Virus record (IMG/VR): IMGVR_UViG_3300037475_000122
Location: 10,143-74,142 of that record
DNA length: 64,000 nt
Direction: 5' to 3' (one strand)
Origin: a virus
This document shows positions 1-9,069 of this stretch, piece after piece. Under the pieces are notes generated by a model, which saw only the letters and a list, made by a program, of their open reading frames with translations, was not told the origin of the DNA and searched no databases. The first letter of the stretch is position 1, and every line of letters begins with the position of its first letter. The translations under genes and the position numbers were made by a program.

Positions 1-5
1 GCATC

Positions 6-1991
6 ATGGCGAAGTATAACAGCGAAAAGCCGTTCACGCAGGCATCGCTGGACAACGACGGGCTTGGATGGAAGTCGAATTTCACGACGAAGCCGCTGCC
101 GATGTTGGTGAACAAGGTTGCTCCTCGTTTCGTCAAGGCCGAGCAGTCAATCAAGTATCTCGTCAACTCCGCGCTGCCGGACACGACCCCCGGGGCCGCT
201 GAAAAGACCGAAGCCTATCGTCGCGAAATCACGAAGACTTGCCGCGCGTGGGAAGGCTGGACTGACCTCATCGCGGAAATCTCTCAGGAGAACGCTCTCT
301 TCGGTTACACCTCCGTCGCGTGGCTCGACGAGTTCCACTGGAAGCCCAAGCATTTTCGACAGGATGAATTTTTCGTTCCGACCGGCACCAAGCACCTTTC
401 GAGCACGGCCCAAGTCATCACTCTCCGCGAAGTCTTTTTGATTAACGAGTTGTTCGAGTTGATTGAGGACAACGAAGCCGCGTCGGCCGCTGGCTGGAAT
501 GTTCAGAATACGGTCATGGCGATTAACTCCGCGATGCCGCTGAATCGACGCTCGCAGGCTGGCTTCGGAGAATGGGGCCGAATTCAGGAAGACCTGATTC
601 GCGAATCTTCTGTCGGCCTCTCGCTGGAATCCGGCCCGCTCACCGTCACCGTCTGGCACGTCCTCGCGCAGGAAGTCACCGGCAAAGTTTCGCATTACAT
701 CCTCACCGAAAACGCCAACGCCCCGGCGGATGCGTTCGATACAACCTCCGACCACAAGTCGGAAGTTCTTTTCGAGCGTGAAGACCAATTCGACAATATG
801 GCGATGGCGGCGTCATTCTTCTCGTTCGAGCAGGCGAACGGAAAACTCCACGGCTCGAAAGGAATTGGCCGCGAGATTTACTCGATGGCTGCGATGCTCG
901 ACCGCGCCCGCAACGAAGTCGTTGACCGGCTCAACCTCGCGGGCAAGCTCATCATCCAGTGCGGAGAGAAGCAGGTCAAGAAATTTAAGGCGTCCATCGT
1001 CGGCCCCGCGCTACTCATCGGTCAGGAATACAACATCGCCGAGCGGAAAATTGACGGTGCGGTTGAACCGTTCCTCGAACTCGACCAATTTCTCACGGGT
1101 CTCCTCGACCAAATGGCAGGCGCGACGACTCCTAAGTTTTTCGAGGGTGAACGCGTGACGAAAGCTCAGGTTGACCTCTATGCCAGCCGCGAGGAAGAAT
1201 CCAAGGACAACATCATCGGCCGGTTCCTCACCCAGCTGGCTCGCATGATGAAGACCGTGGCGAAACGCCAATGCGACCCGCACACGGCCGACGAGGACGC
1301 GAAGGAAATGCAGAAGCGTTTGCTCGAAATCATGACTCGCGAAGAGTTGAACCTTCTCTCCGACCAGCCCGTCGCGCAGACCATCGCGGACTACACGGGC
1401 GAACAGCGGCAGCGCATCGTCCTCATCGCCCAAGAGGCGCGCGGAAATCCGCTCTACAATCAGCGCGAGATGGAGCGCCGGAAACTCGCTTCGCAAATCG
1501 ACGAGCAGTTCGCGGACGCAGTTCTCTTGCCCGACGAAGACCCGACAGAGTTGGCCGAGCAGACTCGCCTTCAGCAGATGGAACTCCTCATCCTCGCCGG
1601 TCAGGGCTCGCAAGTCCCCATCTCTCCGCGCGACAATCACCTCATCCATCTTCAGACCTTGCTCCCCGCCATGGAGTCAACCGCGCAGACTGCGGCCGAC
1701 CCCGACGCGGAGACCGCGCAACACGGCATCGAGATTATGCACGCGATGCTCGACCACGCGAACCAGCACTTGCAGGCCGCGATTGCCACGGGCACGCCCA
1801 AGGAAGCACTCGCCGAAATCACGCCGCTTCTGACCAAGATGAATTCCGCGCTCGAACAGGCGACGGAGCAATTGAAGCAGCAACAGCAACTCGCCAACGA
1901 GCCTGAACAACTTCCCCCCTCGCCGGAGGCCCTTGCAGCCGCCGGTCAGCAACCTCAGCCAACCCAACCGCCACCAACCCCGGCTCAATGA
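6..1991 (+). CDS. Portal (head-tail connector) protein, probably 5'-truncated by the window
   Basis: 661+ aa, helical, Q/P-rich disordered C-tail; first gene of the portal-small ORF-scaffold-capsid synteny. Confidence 0.75.
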   Translation: MAKYNSEKPFTQASLDNDGLGWKSNFTTKPLPMLVNKVAPRFVKAEQSIKYLVNSALPDTTPGAAEKTEAYRREITKTCRAWEGWTDLIAEISQENALFGYTSVAWLDEFHWKPKHFRQDEFFVPTGTKHLSSTAQVITLREVFLINELFELIEDNEAASAAGWNVQNTVMAINSAMPLNRRSQAGFGEWGRIQEDLIRESSVGLSLESGPLTVTVWHVLAQEVTGKVSHYILTENANAPADAFDTTSDHKSEVLFEREDQFDNMAMAASFFSFEQANGKLHGSKGIGREIYSMAAMLDRARNEVVDRLNLAGKLIIQCGEKQVKKFKASIVGPALLIGQEYNIAERKIDGAVEPFLELDQFLTGLLDQMAGATTPKFFEGERVTKAQVDLYASREEESKDNIIGRFLTQLARMMKTVAKRQCDPHTADEDAKEMQKRLLEIMTREELNLLSDQPVAQTIADYTGEQRQRIVLIAQEARGNPLYNQREMERRKLASQIDEQFADAVLLPDEDPTELAEQTRLQQMELLILAGQGSQVPISPRDNHLIHLQTLLPAMESTAQTAADPDAETAQHGIEIMHAMLDHANQHLQAAIATGTPKEALAEITPLLTKMNSALEQATEQLKQQQQLANEPEQLPPSPEALAAAGQQPQPTQPPPTPAQ

Positions 1992-2311
1992 CCTTTTTCA
2001 AATCGGAACCTCCCGAATTCACCTCGCTTCATCGAAAAGCCCTTCAAGATTTTCTCGAATCTGAAACCGGCCAAATCGCCCTCGCGTGGGTCGCGCACAA
2101 TGCGCCGCAGCTTCTCGACGGAACCGACGTGAACCGCACGCTCGTTGCGTCCGGCGAGGTCAAAGGCTTCAACCGATTTTTGACGGAGCTTATCTCGCTG
2201 ACTTTTGAACAGCCGAAGAAGTCCGAGGCTGCATCCGAAACTTTTCCGGACCTCGACGATGATTCCAAGTGGGATAAGTCCGAGACCGAACGTCCCCGCC
2301 AACCCAAGTAA
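1988..2311 (+). CDS. Small hypothetical protein following the portal
   Basis: 107 aa, ATGA overlap with portal stop; typical podovirus position. Confidence 0.7.
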   Translation: MTFFKSEPPEFTSLHRKALQDFLESETGQIALAWVAHNAPQLLDGTDVNRTLVASGEVKGFNRFLTELISLTFEQPKKSEAASETFPDLDDDSKWDKSETERPRQPK

Positions 2312-2325
2312 AACCAACCCAACCC

Positions 2326-3681
2326 ATGCCTACTGAAACCGCTCCGAAAACCGAATCCACTCCGCCGCCCGACAATCAGGGCCTTCCCGCCGCTGTCCCC
2401 GGCGAGGAGTTGCGCGGCAACACCGCCGAAGAGATTCAGACCACCTCATCGGCGCTCGACGAACTTTTGAAAGCTTCAGGAGCAACTGAAGAGGGCGAAG
2501 GCGACCCGCAGCCGACGGCTGAGGAAATCGCAGCGGAAGAGAAGGCGGCGAAAGAGGCCGAAGAGAAAGCGGCCAAGGAAGCGGCCGAGAAAGCCGAGAA
2601 GGAGAAAGCGGCCCCGGCCCCCGACAAGACCGCCGAGGAAAAGGCGAAGGAAAAGCCCGCCCCGGTGACCGACGAATTCGACAAGGTCGAACTGCCGCCC
2701 TACACGAAGCCCAAATCGGTTGAGGCATTCGCCACGGTGAAGCAAATGGCCCGCGAGCGCGTCGCCAGCCTCGAACGCGAGAAGGCCGAGATTCAGGCCA
2801 AGCTGGAAGCCGCCGAGAAGGCGAAAGCCGAAGCCCCGGCCGGACTCCCCGCCGAGGCCGAGAAGGAGTTGAAAGAACTCCGCGAGTTCCGCGCGAAATT
2901 CGACGTCGAAGCCGACCCGAGTTTCAAAACCTACGACTCTTCCATCAAGGAGAACGAAGGGCTCATCATCGCCAAGATGAAAGCGGCCGGAGTGGACGAA
3001 GAGTCCATTAAGCAGATTCAGGCCATCGGGATTTCGCAGGTGGAATGGGAATCCGTTTTGCCCAAACTGCCGCCGACGCTGAAGCGGTTCATCGAAGGCA
3101 AGCTCTACGAGAACGACAACCTCTCGGAAAAGAAAAAGCTCGCCATCGAGACCGCGAAGAGCAACGCCTCGGAATTCGTCCGCACCCGGCAGGAGGAACT
3201 TTACAAAGGCACCGAAGCCCGGCAGCAAACCACGATGCAGGAGTTCAACGCGCTTTTGCCGAACATGGACTGGCTGAAGAAAGAGACGATTGACCCGAAG
3301 GCCCCGGCGGAAGCCAAGGCGAAAGCCGAAGCGACCAACGCGCTCATCGACAAAGTCAACGCGGATTTGCAGGAAGCCATCAACGACGACTCGCCCCGCA
3401 TGCGCGCGATTCTCATCGGCGGCTTCGCGAAGCTCATGCGCGTTCAAGCGGATTTTGAAGCGACGAAGGCCGCGCACAAGGCCGAAGTCGAGAAGCTGAA
3501 CTCCACAATCAAGGAGAAGGACGAGTTCATCGCCCGCATCAAAAAGTCGTCCACGTCCCGGCTGAGTTCTGCGGCCCCCGGCGTCGGAGAATCCAAGACC
3601 AAAACCAAGGTTGATTTGAACGAGGACGGCGCATCGGCTCTTGACCGCTTGCACCGCGAACTCGTCGCCTCGCAGTCATGA
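2326..3681 (+). CDS. Capsid scaffolding protein
   Basis: 451 aa, E/K/A-rich coiled coil with acidic disordered N-terminus, between portal and capsid. Confidence 0.7.
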   Translation: MPTETAPKTESTPPPDNQGLPAAVPGEELRGNTAEEIQTTSSALDELLKASGATEEGEGDPQPTAEEIAAEEKAAKEAEEKAAKEAAEKAEKEKAAPAPDKTAEEKAKEKPAPVTDEFDKVELPPYTKPKSVEAFATVKQMARERVASLEREKAEIQAKLEAAEKAKAEAPAGLPAEAEKELKELREFRAKFDVEADPSFKTYDSSIKENEGLIIAKMKAAGVDEESIKQIQAIGISQVEWESVLPKLPPTLKRFIEGKLYENDNLSEKKKLAIETAKSNASEFVRTRQEELYKGTEARQQTTMQEFNALLPNMDWLKKETIDPKAPAEAKAKAEATNALIDKVNADLQEAINDDSPRMRAILIGGFAKLMRVQADFEATKAAHKAEVEKLNSTIKEKDEFIARIKKSSTSRLSSAAPGVGESKTKTKVDLNEDGASALDRLHRELVASQS

Positions 3682-4517
3682 GCGACCTTGTCCCGGTCCC
3701 GGCTGACGCGCTCCGGGAGAATAAGCGCGTCCTCATCGCACTCCCGTGGTATCGAGCGGCCAACCCGCTCACCACGGTTTCCCTCCTGAATCTTTTTCAG
3801 AGGGATTGCATGGGCGCGTCGATTTCTTTTGGTGACGCGTTCATCGTCCATGCCCGCAACAAACTCGCGACGAAATTCCTTGGCACGAAGTTTGATTGGA
3901 TGCTGATGATTGACGACGACATGGTATTGCCTTGCGGCAATGCCGCGTGGTTTAACGAATACACCGGCCTCGGCTTGCCGGAGTGGTCCGCCGGTCTCAA
4001 CACCGTTGAACGGCTCGTCAGCCATGGCAAGACGCTCGTGGGCGCGACCTATTTCGGCCGCAACCCCGGACGTCCGCCCGTCTTCGCGGAAGGCGTCTCC
4101 CGGAACGAAGAACTCATCCGCACTGGCCCGCGCAACGAAATCATCCCGACGAAATGGGTCGGCACGGGATGCTTGCTCATCCATCGCTCCGTTTTGGTGG
4201 ACATCGAAAACAAATTCCCACACCTGTCGCGCTCCGAGAACGGAGGGACCGGCCAGTGGTTCACGTCCTCGGAGCATGACCTTCACCGCGCCGTCGAGCA
4301 CGTCATGAATCTGCTCGCGGAACCGACGCCGAACCTTCGCGAGGTGAAAGAAGTTTTGGAGAGTGGCCTTGAGCACTCCCGCGTGCATTCGTCCATGGGC
4401 ATGGGCGAGGACGTTCAGTTTTGTATCCGTGCAACCCAAGCCGGGCACCAGCCTTTCGTGGACCTCGGTCTGTGGGATGGTCACATTGGTCCCGCCTGCT
4501 TCCCCCTGAAAAAATGA
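3678..4517 (+). CDS. GT-A (GT2-like) glycosyltransferase
   Basis: ARNKLA, WMLMIDDDM (DxD), VGTGCLLIHRSV and GEDVQFC motifs. Confidence 0.8.
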   Translation: MSDLVPVPADALRENKRVLIALPWYRAANPLTTVSLLNLFQRDCMGASISFGDAFIVHARNKLATKFLGTKFDWMLMIDDDMVLPCGNAAWFNEYTGLGLPEWSAGLNTVERLVSHGKTLVGATYFGRNPGRPPVFAEGVSRNEELIRTGPRNEIIPTKWVGTGCLLIHRSVLVDIENKFPHLSRSENGGTGQWFTSSEHDLHRAVEHVMNLLAEPTPNLREVKEVLESGLEHSRVHSSMGMGEDVQFCIRATQAGHQPFVDLGLWDGHIGPACFPLKK

Positions 4518-5227
4518 AAAAGCTACTCATTGCAATCCAATTCTGGGAACGAGACAAAGAGCAAGCGATGAAAGTCGCCCGGCTCATCGCGGACCTTCAG
4601 CCCGGCTTCTGCGACCTCGCGGACTTCATGTTCGTCGCGCGCTTCGACTGTGAGCAGGACATGAAGACCATCGAGCACGTCTCACGGAAGTTCAACGTCC
4701 ATCATTTCATCAACTCGCGCTTCCGTGGCGCGGAGTGGCCGCACGGCTGCAACTCACTTTGGTTCGGCACCATGGACTACATTTTTTCCATGACCGAGGC
4801 GAAGCGCATTCCGGACTACAAGGCCGTCCTCACTTGCGAGGCGGACTCCGCGCCCCTCTCGCCCAACTGGATTTCTGAACTCAGTCAGGCGTGGGACAAG
4901 GCGAACGTGAAGGTCCTCGGTGCGATGCAGACCAACCCGGCCCCGCACGTCAACGGCAACGCACTTTTTAGCTGCGACCTCCCGTTTCTGAAGTGGATTG
5001 CCCGGGACATCGCCGGATGCACGCCGCACGCGGGCTGGGATTTCGTTTTGGCAAACGCCTTCAAGAAAAAAGGTTGGGCGGACTGCCCGGCCATGCGGTC
5101 TTGGTGGGGATACCCTACCATGAGCAAGGAAACCTTCGACCAACTCGGCCGCGAGGGGGTCGTGTTTTTCCACGGTTGCAAGGACGATTCCATGGTCCGG
5201 CACGTCCGCGAACGGTTTGTCCCTTGA
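4514..5227 (+). CDS. Putative glycosyltransferase-like protein
   Basis: Start at ATGA overlap 4514 (MKKLLIAIQF); hydrophobic strand followed by CEAD (DxD-like), HVNGNALF, GWD, FFHGCK. Confidence 0.5.
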   Translation: MKKLLIAIQFWERDKEQAMKVARLIADLQPGFCDLADFMFVARFDCEQDMKTIEHVSRKFNVHHFINSRFRGAEWPHGCNSLWFGTMDYIFSMTEAKRIPDYKAVLTCEADSAPLSPNWISELSQAWDKANVKVLGAMQTNPAPHVNGNALFSCDLPFLKWIARDIAGCTPHAGWDFVLANAFKKKGWADCPAMRSWWGYPTMSKETFDQLGREGVVFFHGCKDDSMVRHVRERFVP

Positions 5228-5251
5228 CAATTTCGGCGAGGTGTGAACCTT
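5224..5251 (+). promoter_or_regulatory. Late-class promoter for capsid gene
   Basis: TTGACA-N16-AACCTT. Confidence 0.7.
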
Positions 5252-5395
5252 GTCACAGAGACTAATCCTCCTCCGTCTCGGGAGAAACGGGCCTAAATCG
5301 TTTCGTGGCCGGAAACGTGATAGAAGACCTTAAGAGGTCGAACTCGTTTAACCCGGTTTCAGGATTCACCTGAACCAAAGAAAGATTCCGATTTT

Positions 5396-6667
5396 ATGGC
5401 CGACTGTATTGCAGCTTCCGCTCTCTCCGACATCAGCAAGAAAGACACGTCCCGTCTCGTGGGCACCGTGGCAAAGGCTCTTGCTGCGAATTCCCCCTTC
5501 ATCAACGTTTTCGAGGGCGGCACCTTCCCCTCCGGCGTGTCCGATGAAATCCGCACCTCCGTCCAGATGCAGGCGGCTCCCGGCGACTCCCTCGCCCTGC
5601 CCACCTTCGTTTGCGACACCGATTTGTGCGGCACCCAAGGCTTGCAGGACCTCACCGACTCGATTGATTTCGTGGCCCGCCTCGAATCGAAGCGCGGCAA
5701 GGGTCCCCGGGTCTGCGTGAAGAAAGGCTTCGCGAACTACAAATCCAGCTACCTCGCTGCCGAGGACTCGCTGAAGAAACTGGTGACTCAGTATATCAAT
5801 GCTGACACCCGGGCGCAGGCTTACCTCCGCTCCGCTTCCAAATTCACGGCCCGCACCGGCTACGACTTCAACTCGCTGTTCACTGGTGGTAACCCCACCG
5901 ACATCGGCGTGAAGTTCGCCCCGCTGCTCCCGACCGGCGGAATCTCCTTCAAGGCGCTCCACTTCCTCGCGCGCTACCTGAAAGAGAACCTTTTCGCTGA
6001 CATGTTCGAGGCGGCTGGCGAAGGCATGCCTCACTTCCGGTTCATCGGAAGCTCCGACGTGGTCAACGCTCTCCGCGAAGAGGCTGGCGTCAAGGACGTG
6101 CTGCTCTCCTTCGTCAATGGTTCCTACAAGTTCGGCGAACAGGCTCTCCGGGGCTACTCGTTCGAGACCGCTGGGGCCTATCGTGGCATCAGCTTCGGCA
6201 TCGACCAACGCCCTCTGCGTGCGTCCGGCTTCACGGCCGGTGGTTTGCTGAACCTCATCGACCCGCTCACCATCGTGACGAACGCGTCGAAAAACACCGC
6301 GTATGCGAAAGTCAATCCCGCGTGGTTGACGGCCGACTACGAGGTCGCGTTCCTCTTCGCTCAGCGCAGCTTCCGCCGGTTGGTTCCGGAACGCTACGTC
6401 GGCGAGGGCTCCTTCAAGTTCGCCCCGCAGTTGATGATGGGCGAGTTGAACTGGCACTATGTCGAAGACAACGACTGCAACACTTGGGGCGACTTCGGGT
6501 GGCACAAGTATCAGATTACTCGCGCCTACCAGCCCGAGCGACCTGAGTTCGTCGTTCCGATTCTCGTGAAACGCTGCCCCGGTGACCTCGGCCTCGTCGC
6601 TTGCGACCCTGCCAGCCCGTCCAGCTACACGGGCGCTGACACTTACACCACTGTTGGGGTCTGCTAA
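5396..6667 (+). CDS. Major capsid protein
   Basis: 423 aa, strongly biased codons, own promoter and terminator, follows the scaffold region. Confidence 0.8.
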   Translation: MADCIAASALSDISKKDTSRLVGTVAKALAANSPFINVFEGGTFPSGVSDEIRTSVQMQAAPGDSLALPTFVCDTDLCGTQGLQDLTDSIDFVARLESKRGKGPRVCVKKGFANYKSSYLAAEDSLKKLVTQYINADTRAQAYLRSASKFTARTGYDFNSLFTGGNPTDIGVKFAPLLPTGGISFKALHFLARYLKENLFADMFEAAGEGMPHFRFIGSSDVVNALREEAGVKDVLLSFVNGSYKFGEQALRGYSFETAGAYRGISFGIDQRPLRASGFTAGGLLNLIDPLTIVTNASKNTAYAKVNPAWLTADYEVAFLFAQRSFRRLVPERYVGEGSFKFAPQLMMGELNWHYVEDNDCNTWGDFGWHKYQITRAYQPERPEFVVPILVKRCPGDLGLVACDPASPSSYTGADTYTTVGVC

Positions 6668-6692
6668 GGGTTGGTCGGCCCTGACTTCAGAG

Positions 6693-6730
6693 CCGGGCTT
6701 GGACCGCAAATCCAAGCCCGGTTTTTTCTT
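6693..6730 (+). terminator. Rho-independent terminator
   Basis: CCGGGCTTGGA-ccgcaaa-TCCAAGCCCGG followed by TTTTTTCTT. Confidence 0.9.
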
Positions 6731-6735
6731 AAACC

Positions 6736-6981
6736 ATGAAAGAACAACTGAAAGTTTACTCGGCCGCGCTTCTCGGCTTCGGCGCTCCGGCGACGAATTG
6801 GTTTGTCGAAGTCGCGGAACCACTCTTGAAACTTCTTCTCCTCGTCGGCCAAATCGGTGTCGCCACTGCAACCATTTTTTACATCGTGGCGAAGTGGCGC
6901 AAGGTCCAGAGCGAACGCGCCGACCAACAGAAGCGGAACGACCGGCTCGACCGCATCGACCGCCTCGAAAACGAAGACTGA
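6736..6981 (+). CDS. Putative holin
   Basis: 81 aa, hydrophobic segments and a highly charged C-tail, next to a lipoprotein. Confidence 0.5.
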   Translation: MKEQLKVYSAALLGFGAPATNWFVEVAEPLLKLLLLVGQIGVATATIFYIVAKWRKVQSERADQQKRNDRLDRIDRLENED

Positions 6982-7716
6982 ATGAAACGCTTCCTCGCCA
7001 TCCTCTCCCTTCTCCTCCTCACGGGTTGCAGTTCCCTCATCCCGAAGCCCGTTGAGTTTTTTCAGGACAAGGTCCACAAGATGCCGACTCAAAAGGCGTC
7101 CGAGAAGGAGACGCAGCGGCAGGCCGCGCAGCGAGCAGCGGAAAAGGCCCGGCAAGTGTTGGACGCCGCCCTGATTGAGGATGCATCCACTGCCGTGGTC
7201 AACCCGGCGAAAGAGGTCACTCAGTTGACAGATTCAGTCTCCCGCAGCCTCGGCCCGCCGGTCTCTCCGTCGTCCCTAACCTCCGAGGACTTGTCTCGAA
7301 AGCTCGACAAGGCAATCGCGAAGCTGAATCAGCGCCTCGACGAATTCAAAGCGGACAACGACGAGAACGCCGGGAAGAAAATCGAAGGCTCCGGGGCCTT
7401 CAGTGTCCCTTACTTTTTCTACATCGCGATTATCGGATTCGTCGTCTTCGTAATTTTTCTCGTGCTGAAGACGTTCGTTCATGTGGCGGCTGCGGGCAAC
7501 CCCGCTGTCGGAATGGGTCTTCAGGCCGTCCAACTCGGAGGCCGAGGCGTTGCCGCGCTGGCTAAAGAAGTGATTCACGGCGGCGAAATTTTCAAAGAAA
7601 AAATCGCGGCGGAGATGCCGGAATTCCGCGAGAAGATTGAGGCGCTGTTCTCTTCCGCGCACAAGGAAGCGCAGTCCCCGGATACTCAGGCGGCGGTTAA
7701 GAAACTCCTTTCATAA
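6982..7716 (+). CDS. Lipoprotein, u-spanin-like
   Basis: Lipobox LLLTGC, coiled coil, then TM segment YFFYIAIIGFVVFVIFLVL. Confidence 0.55.
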   Translation: MKRFLAILSLLLLTGCSSLIPKPVEFFQDKVHKMPTQKASEKETQRQAAQRAAEKARQVLDAALIEDASTAVVNPAKEVTQLTDSVSRSLGPPVSPSSLTSEDLSRKLDKAIAKLNQRLDEFKADNDENAGKKIEGSGAFSVPYFFYIAIIGFVVFVIFLVLKTFVHVAAAGNPAVGMGLQAVQLGGRGVAALAKEVIHGGEIFKEKIAAEMPEFREKIEALFSSAHKEAQSPDTQAAVKKLLS

Positions 7717-7717
7717 T

Positions 7718-8860
7718 ATGTCTTGCTCCTCTTGTAACGGTGCGAACCAAGCCGAGTGCGAGCGCAATTGCTGCGCGGGCGGTCGGAACAATGGGTCCAT
7801 TCAGGGCTGCACCCCCTGCCAAACGTGTCCCCCGGCGAGCGCCGATTGCGAATCGCTCCCGAGCGCGTTGGAGAATTTCACCCAGCAGTTTTTCGGCGAG
7901 GTTCAGAAGACCGTGGTCAACGGCGTGGTGACGTGGACGCTGCCCTGCAATCTCGGCGTTGGTCTCCCCGGCAACCCTCGCGCGAATCAGGAGGGTTTGG
8001 CCTGCTACTTCCTCCGGCTCTTCCGTGACGGAATCATCGGACTCACCGGCCCCAAAGGCGACACGGGCGACGCAGGCGCGGACGGCCACAATGCCTACAC
8101 CCAGACGACTACGGCGTTCACCGCGCCCACGGTTGGCACCCCGCTCGTCGAGTTCAACGTCATCCCCGGCCCGCTGCTCTCCGTCGGCCAAACGATTTTC
8201 ATCCCGCGTATCGGCTGGCTGGAAATCACCAACATTTTTCAGAACACGACGGTCTTTGCGTCGCTGCTTCAACTCGTCTCGAATCCCATCGCCACGTCCC
8301 CGCCCGGCGCATTGGTTTTGCCTACGGGTCCACGCGGTCTGCCCATCAAAGGCGACACGGGTCCGCAAGGTGCGAAGGGCGACACGGGCGCAACGGGCGC
8401 AACCGGGGCAACGGGCGCAACGGGCGCAACGGGCGCAACCGGCCCGGCGGGTGCCACGGCTACGAACGCGAACGCGGAAGTCGTCGGAGGCGCGACGGAT
8501 TACACGATGACGGCGGTTTACGCCAAGGTCGATTTCGGCGCGGCGGACCTCGAAGTGACGCTCCCCACGGCGGGAAAATATCTCCTCCTCGTCAACATCT
8601 CCGGCGTGAACAACTCCGGCGCGACGCGCGAGTGGGACTTCAAACTTTTTGACAACACGGCTGCGACTGACGTGCCGAACAGCGAGGTCCCTCGCTCCGT
8701 GGTCGTCAGCACTCTCGCGACTCAGGTGACCCTGATGTCGATTTACAACGCCCCGGTGGACAACACACTGATTCAAGTCTTCGCGGCAACGAGCAACGCA
8801 ACGGCGACTCAAACGCTTTTCTATACGTGGTCAAAAATCATTTACATCAAGCTTCAGTAA
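7718..8860 (+). CDS. Collagen-repeat fibre protein with Cys-rich N-terminus
   Basis: Start MSCSSC at 7718; G-X-Y runs; beta-rich C-terminal domain. Confidence 0.75.
   Translation: MSCSSCNGANQAECERNCCAGGRNNGSIQGCTPCQTCPPASADCESLPSALENFTQQFFGEVQKTVVNGVVTWTLPCNLGVGLPGNPRANQEGLACYFLRLFRDGIIGLTGPKGDTGDAGADGHNAYTQTTTAFTAPTVGTPLVEFNVIPGPLLSVGQTIFIPRIGWLEITNIFQNTTVFASLLQLVSNPIATSPPGALVLPTGPRGLPIKGDTGPQGAKGDTGATGATGATGATGATGATGPAGATATNANAEVVGGATDYTMTAVYAKVDFGAADLEVTLPTAGKYLLLVNISGVNNSGATREWDFKLFDNTAATDVPNSEVPRSVVVSTLATQVTLMSIYNAPVDNTLIQVFAATSNATATQTLFYTWSKIIYIKLQ
8384..8443 (+). repeat. 9-bp tandem repeat encoding (GAT)n collagen
   Basis: ACGGGCGCA units. Confidence 0.9.
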
Positions 8861-9066
8861 GCACCCGGCCTCTAATCAAGGACACTGAGGGTGACTTCTC
8901 CGGGCGTTGTCGAAAGCGCGTCGGAATTCGGGACCTCGACAAGATTCACCGAACCTTGCCGGAGTTCCAGACTGAGAACGATGACGAGGAAGTCTTGCAG
9001 GACGAGGACGGCCTCGCGATTCTCGACGAACAGACGGCCGGATACATTTACGACAACCTTCGATAA
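8827..9066 (+). CDS. Small acidic virion-associated protein (start uncertain)
   Basis: Fills the gap between the two fibre genes; LQDEDGLAILDE motif; no in-frame ATG. Confidence 0.5.
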   Translation: MVKNHLHQASVSTRPLIKDTEGDFSGRCRKRVGIRDLDKIHRTLPEFQTENDDEEVLQDEDGLAILDEQTAGYIYDNLR

Positions 9067-9069
9067 TTT

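Noticed and set aside
5366-6871. 501-aa antisense ORF over the capsid gene, and similar ORFs at 21754-23157, 24637-26112, 29349-30584 and 34656-36089
   Set aside because: Codon-bias shadows of real genes on the opposite strand
9032-9060. AACCTT upstream of the second fibre gene as a late promoter
   Set aside because: No TTGAC at the expected distance and 9 nt to the ATG
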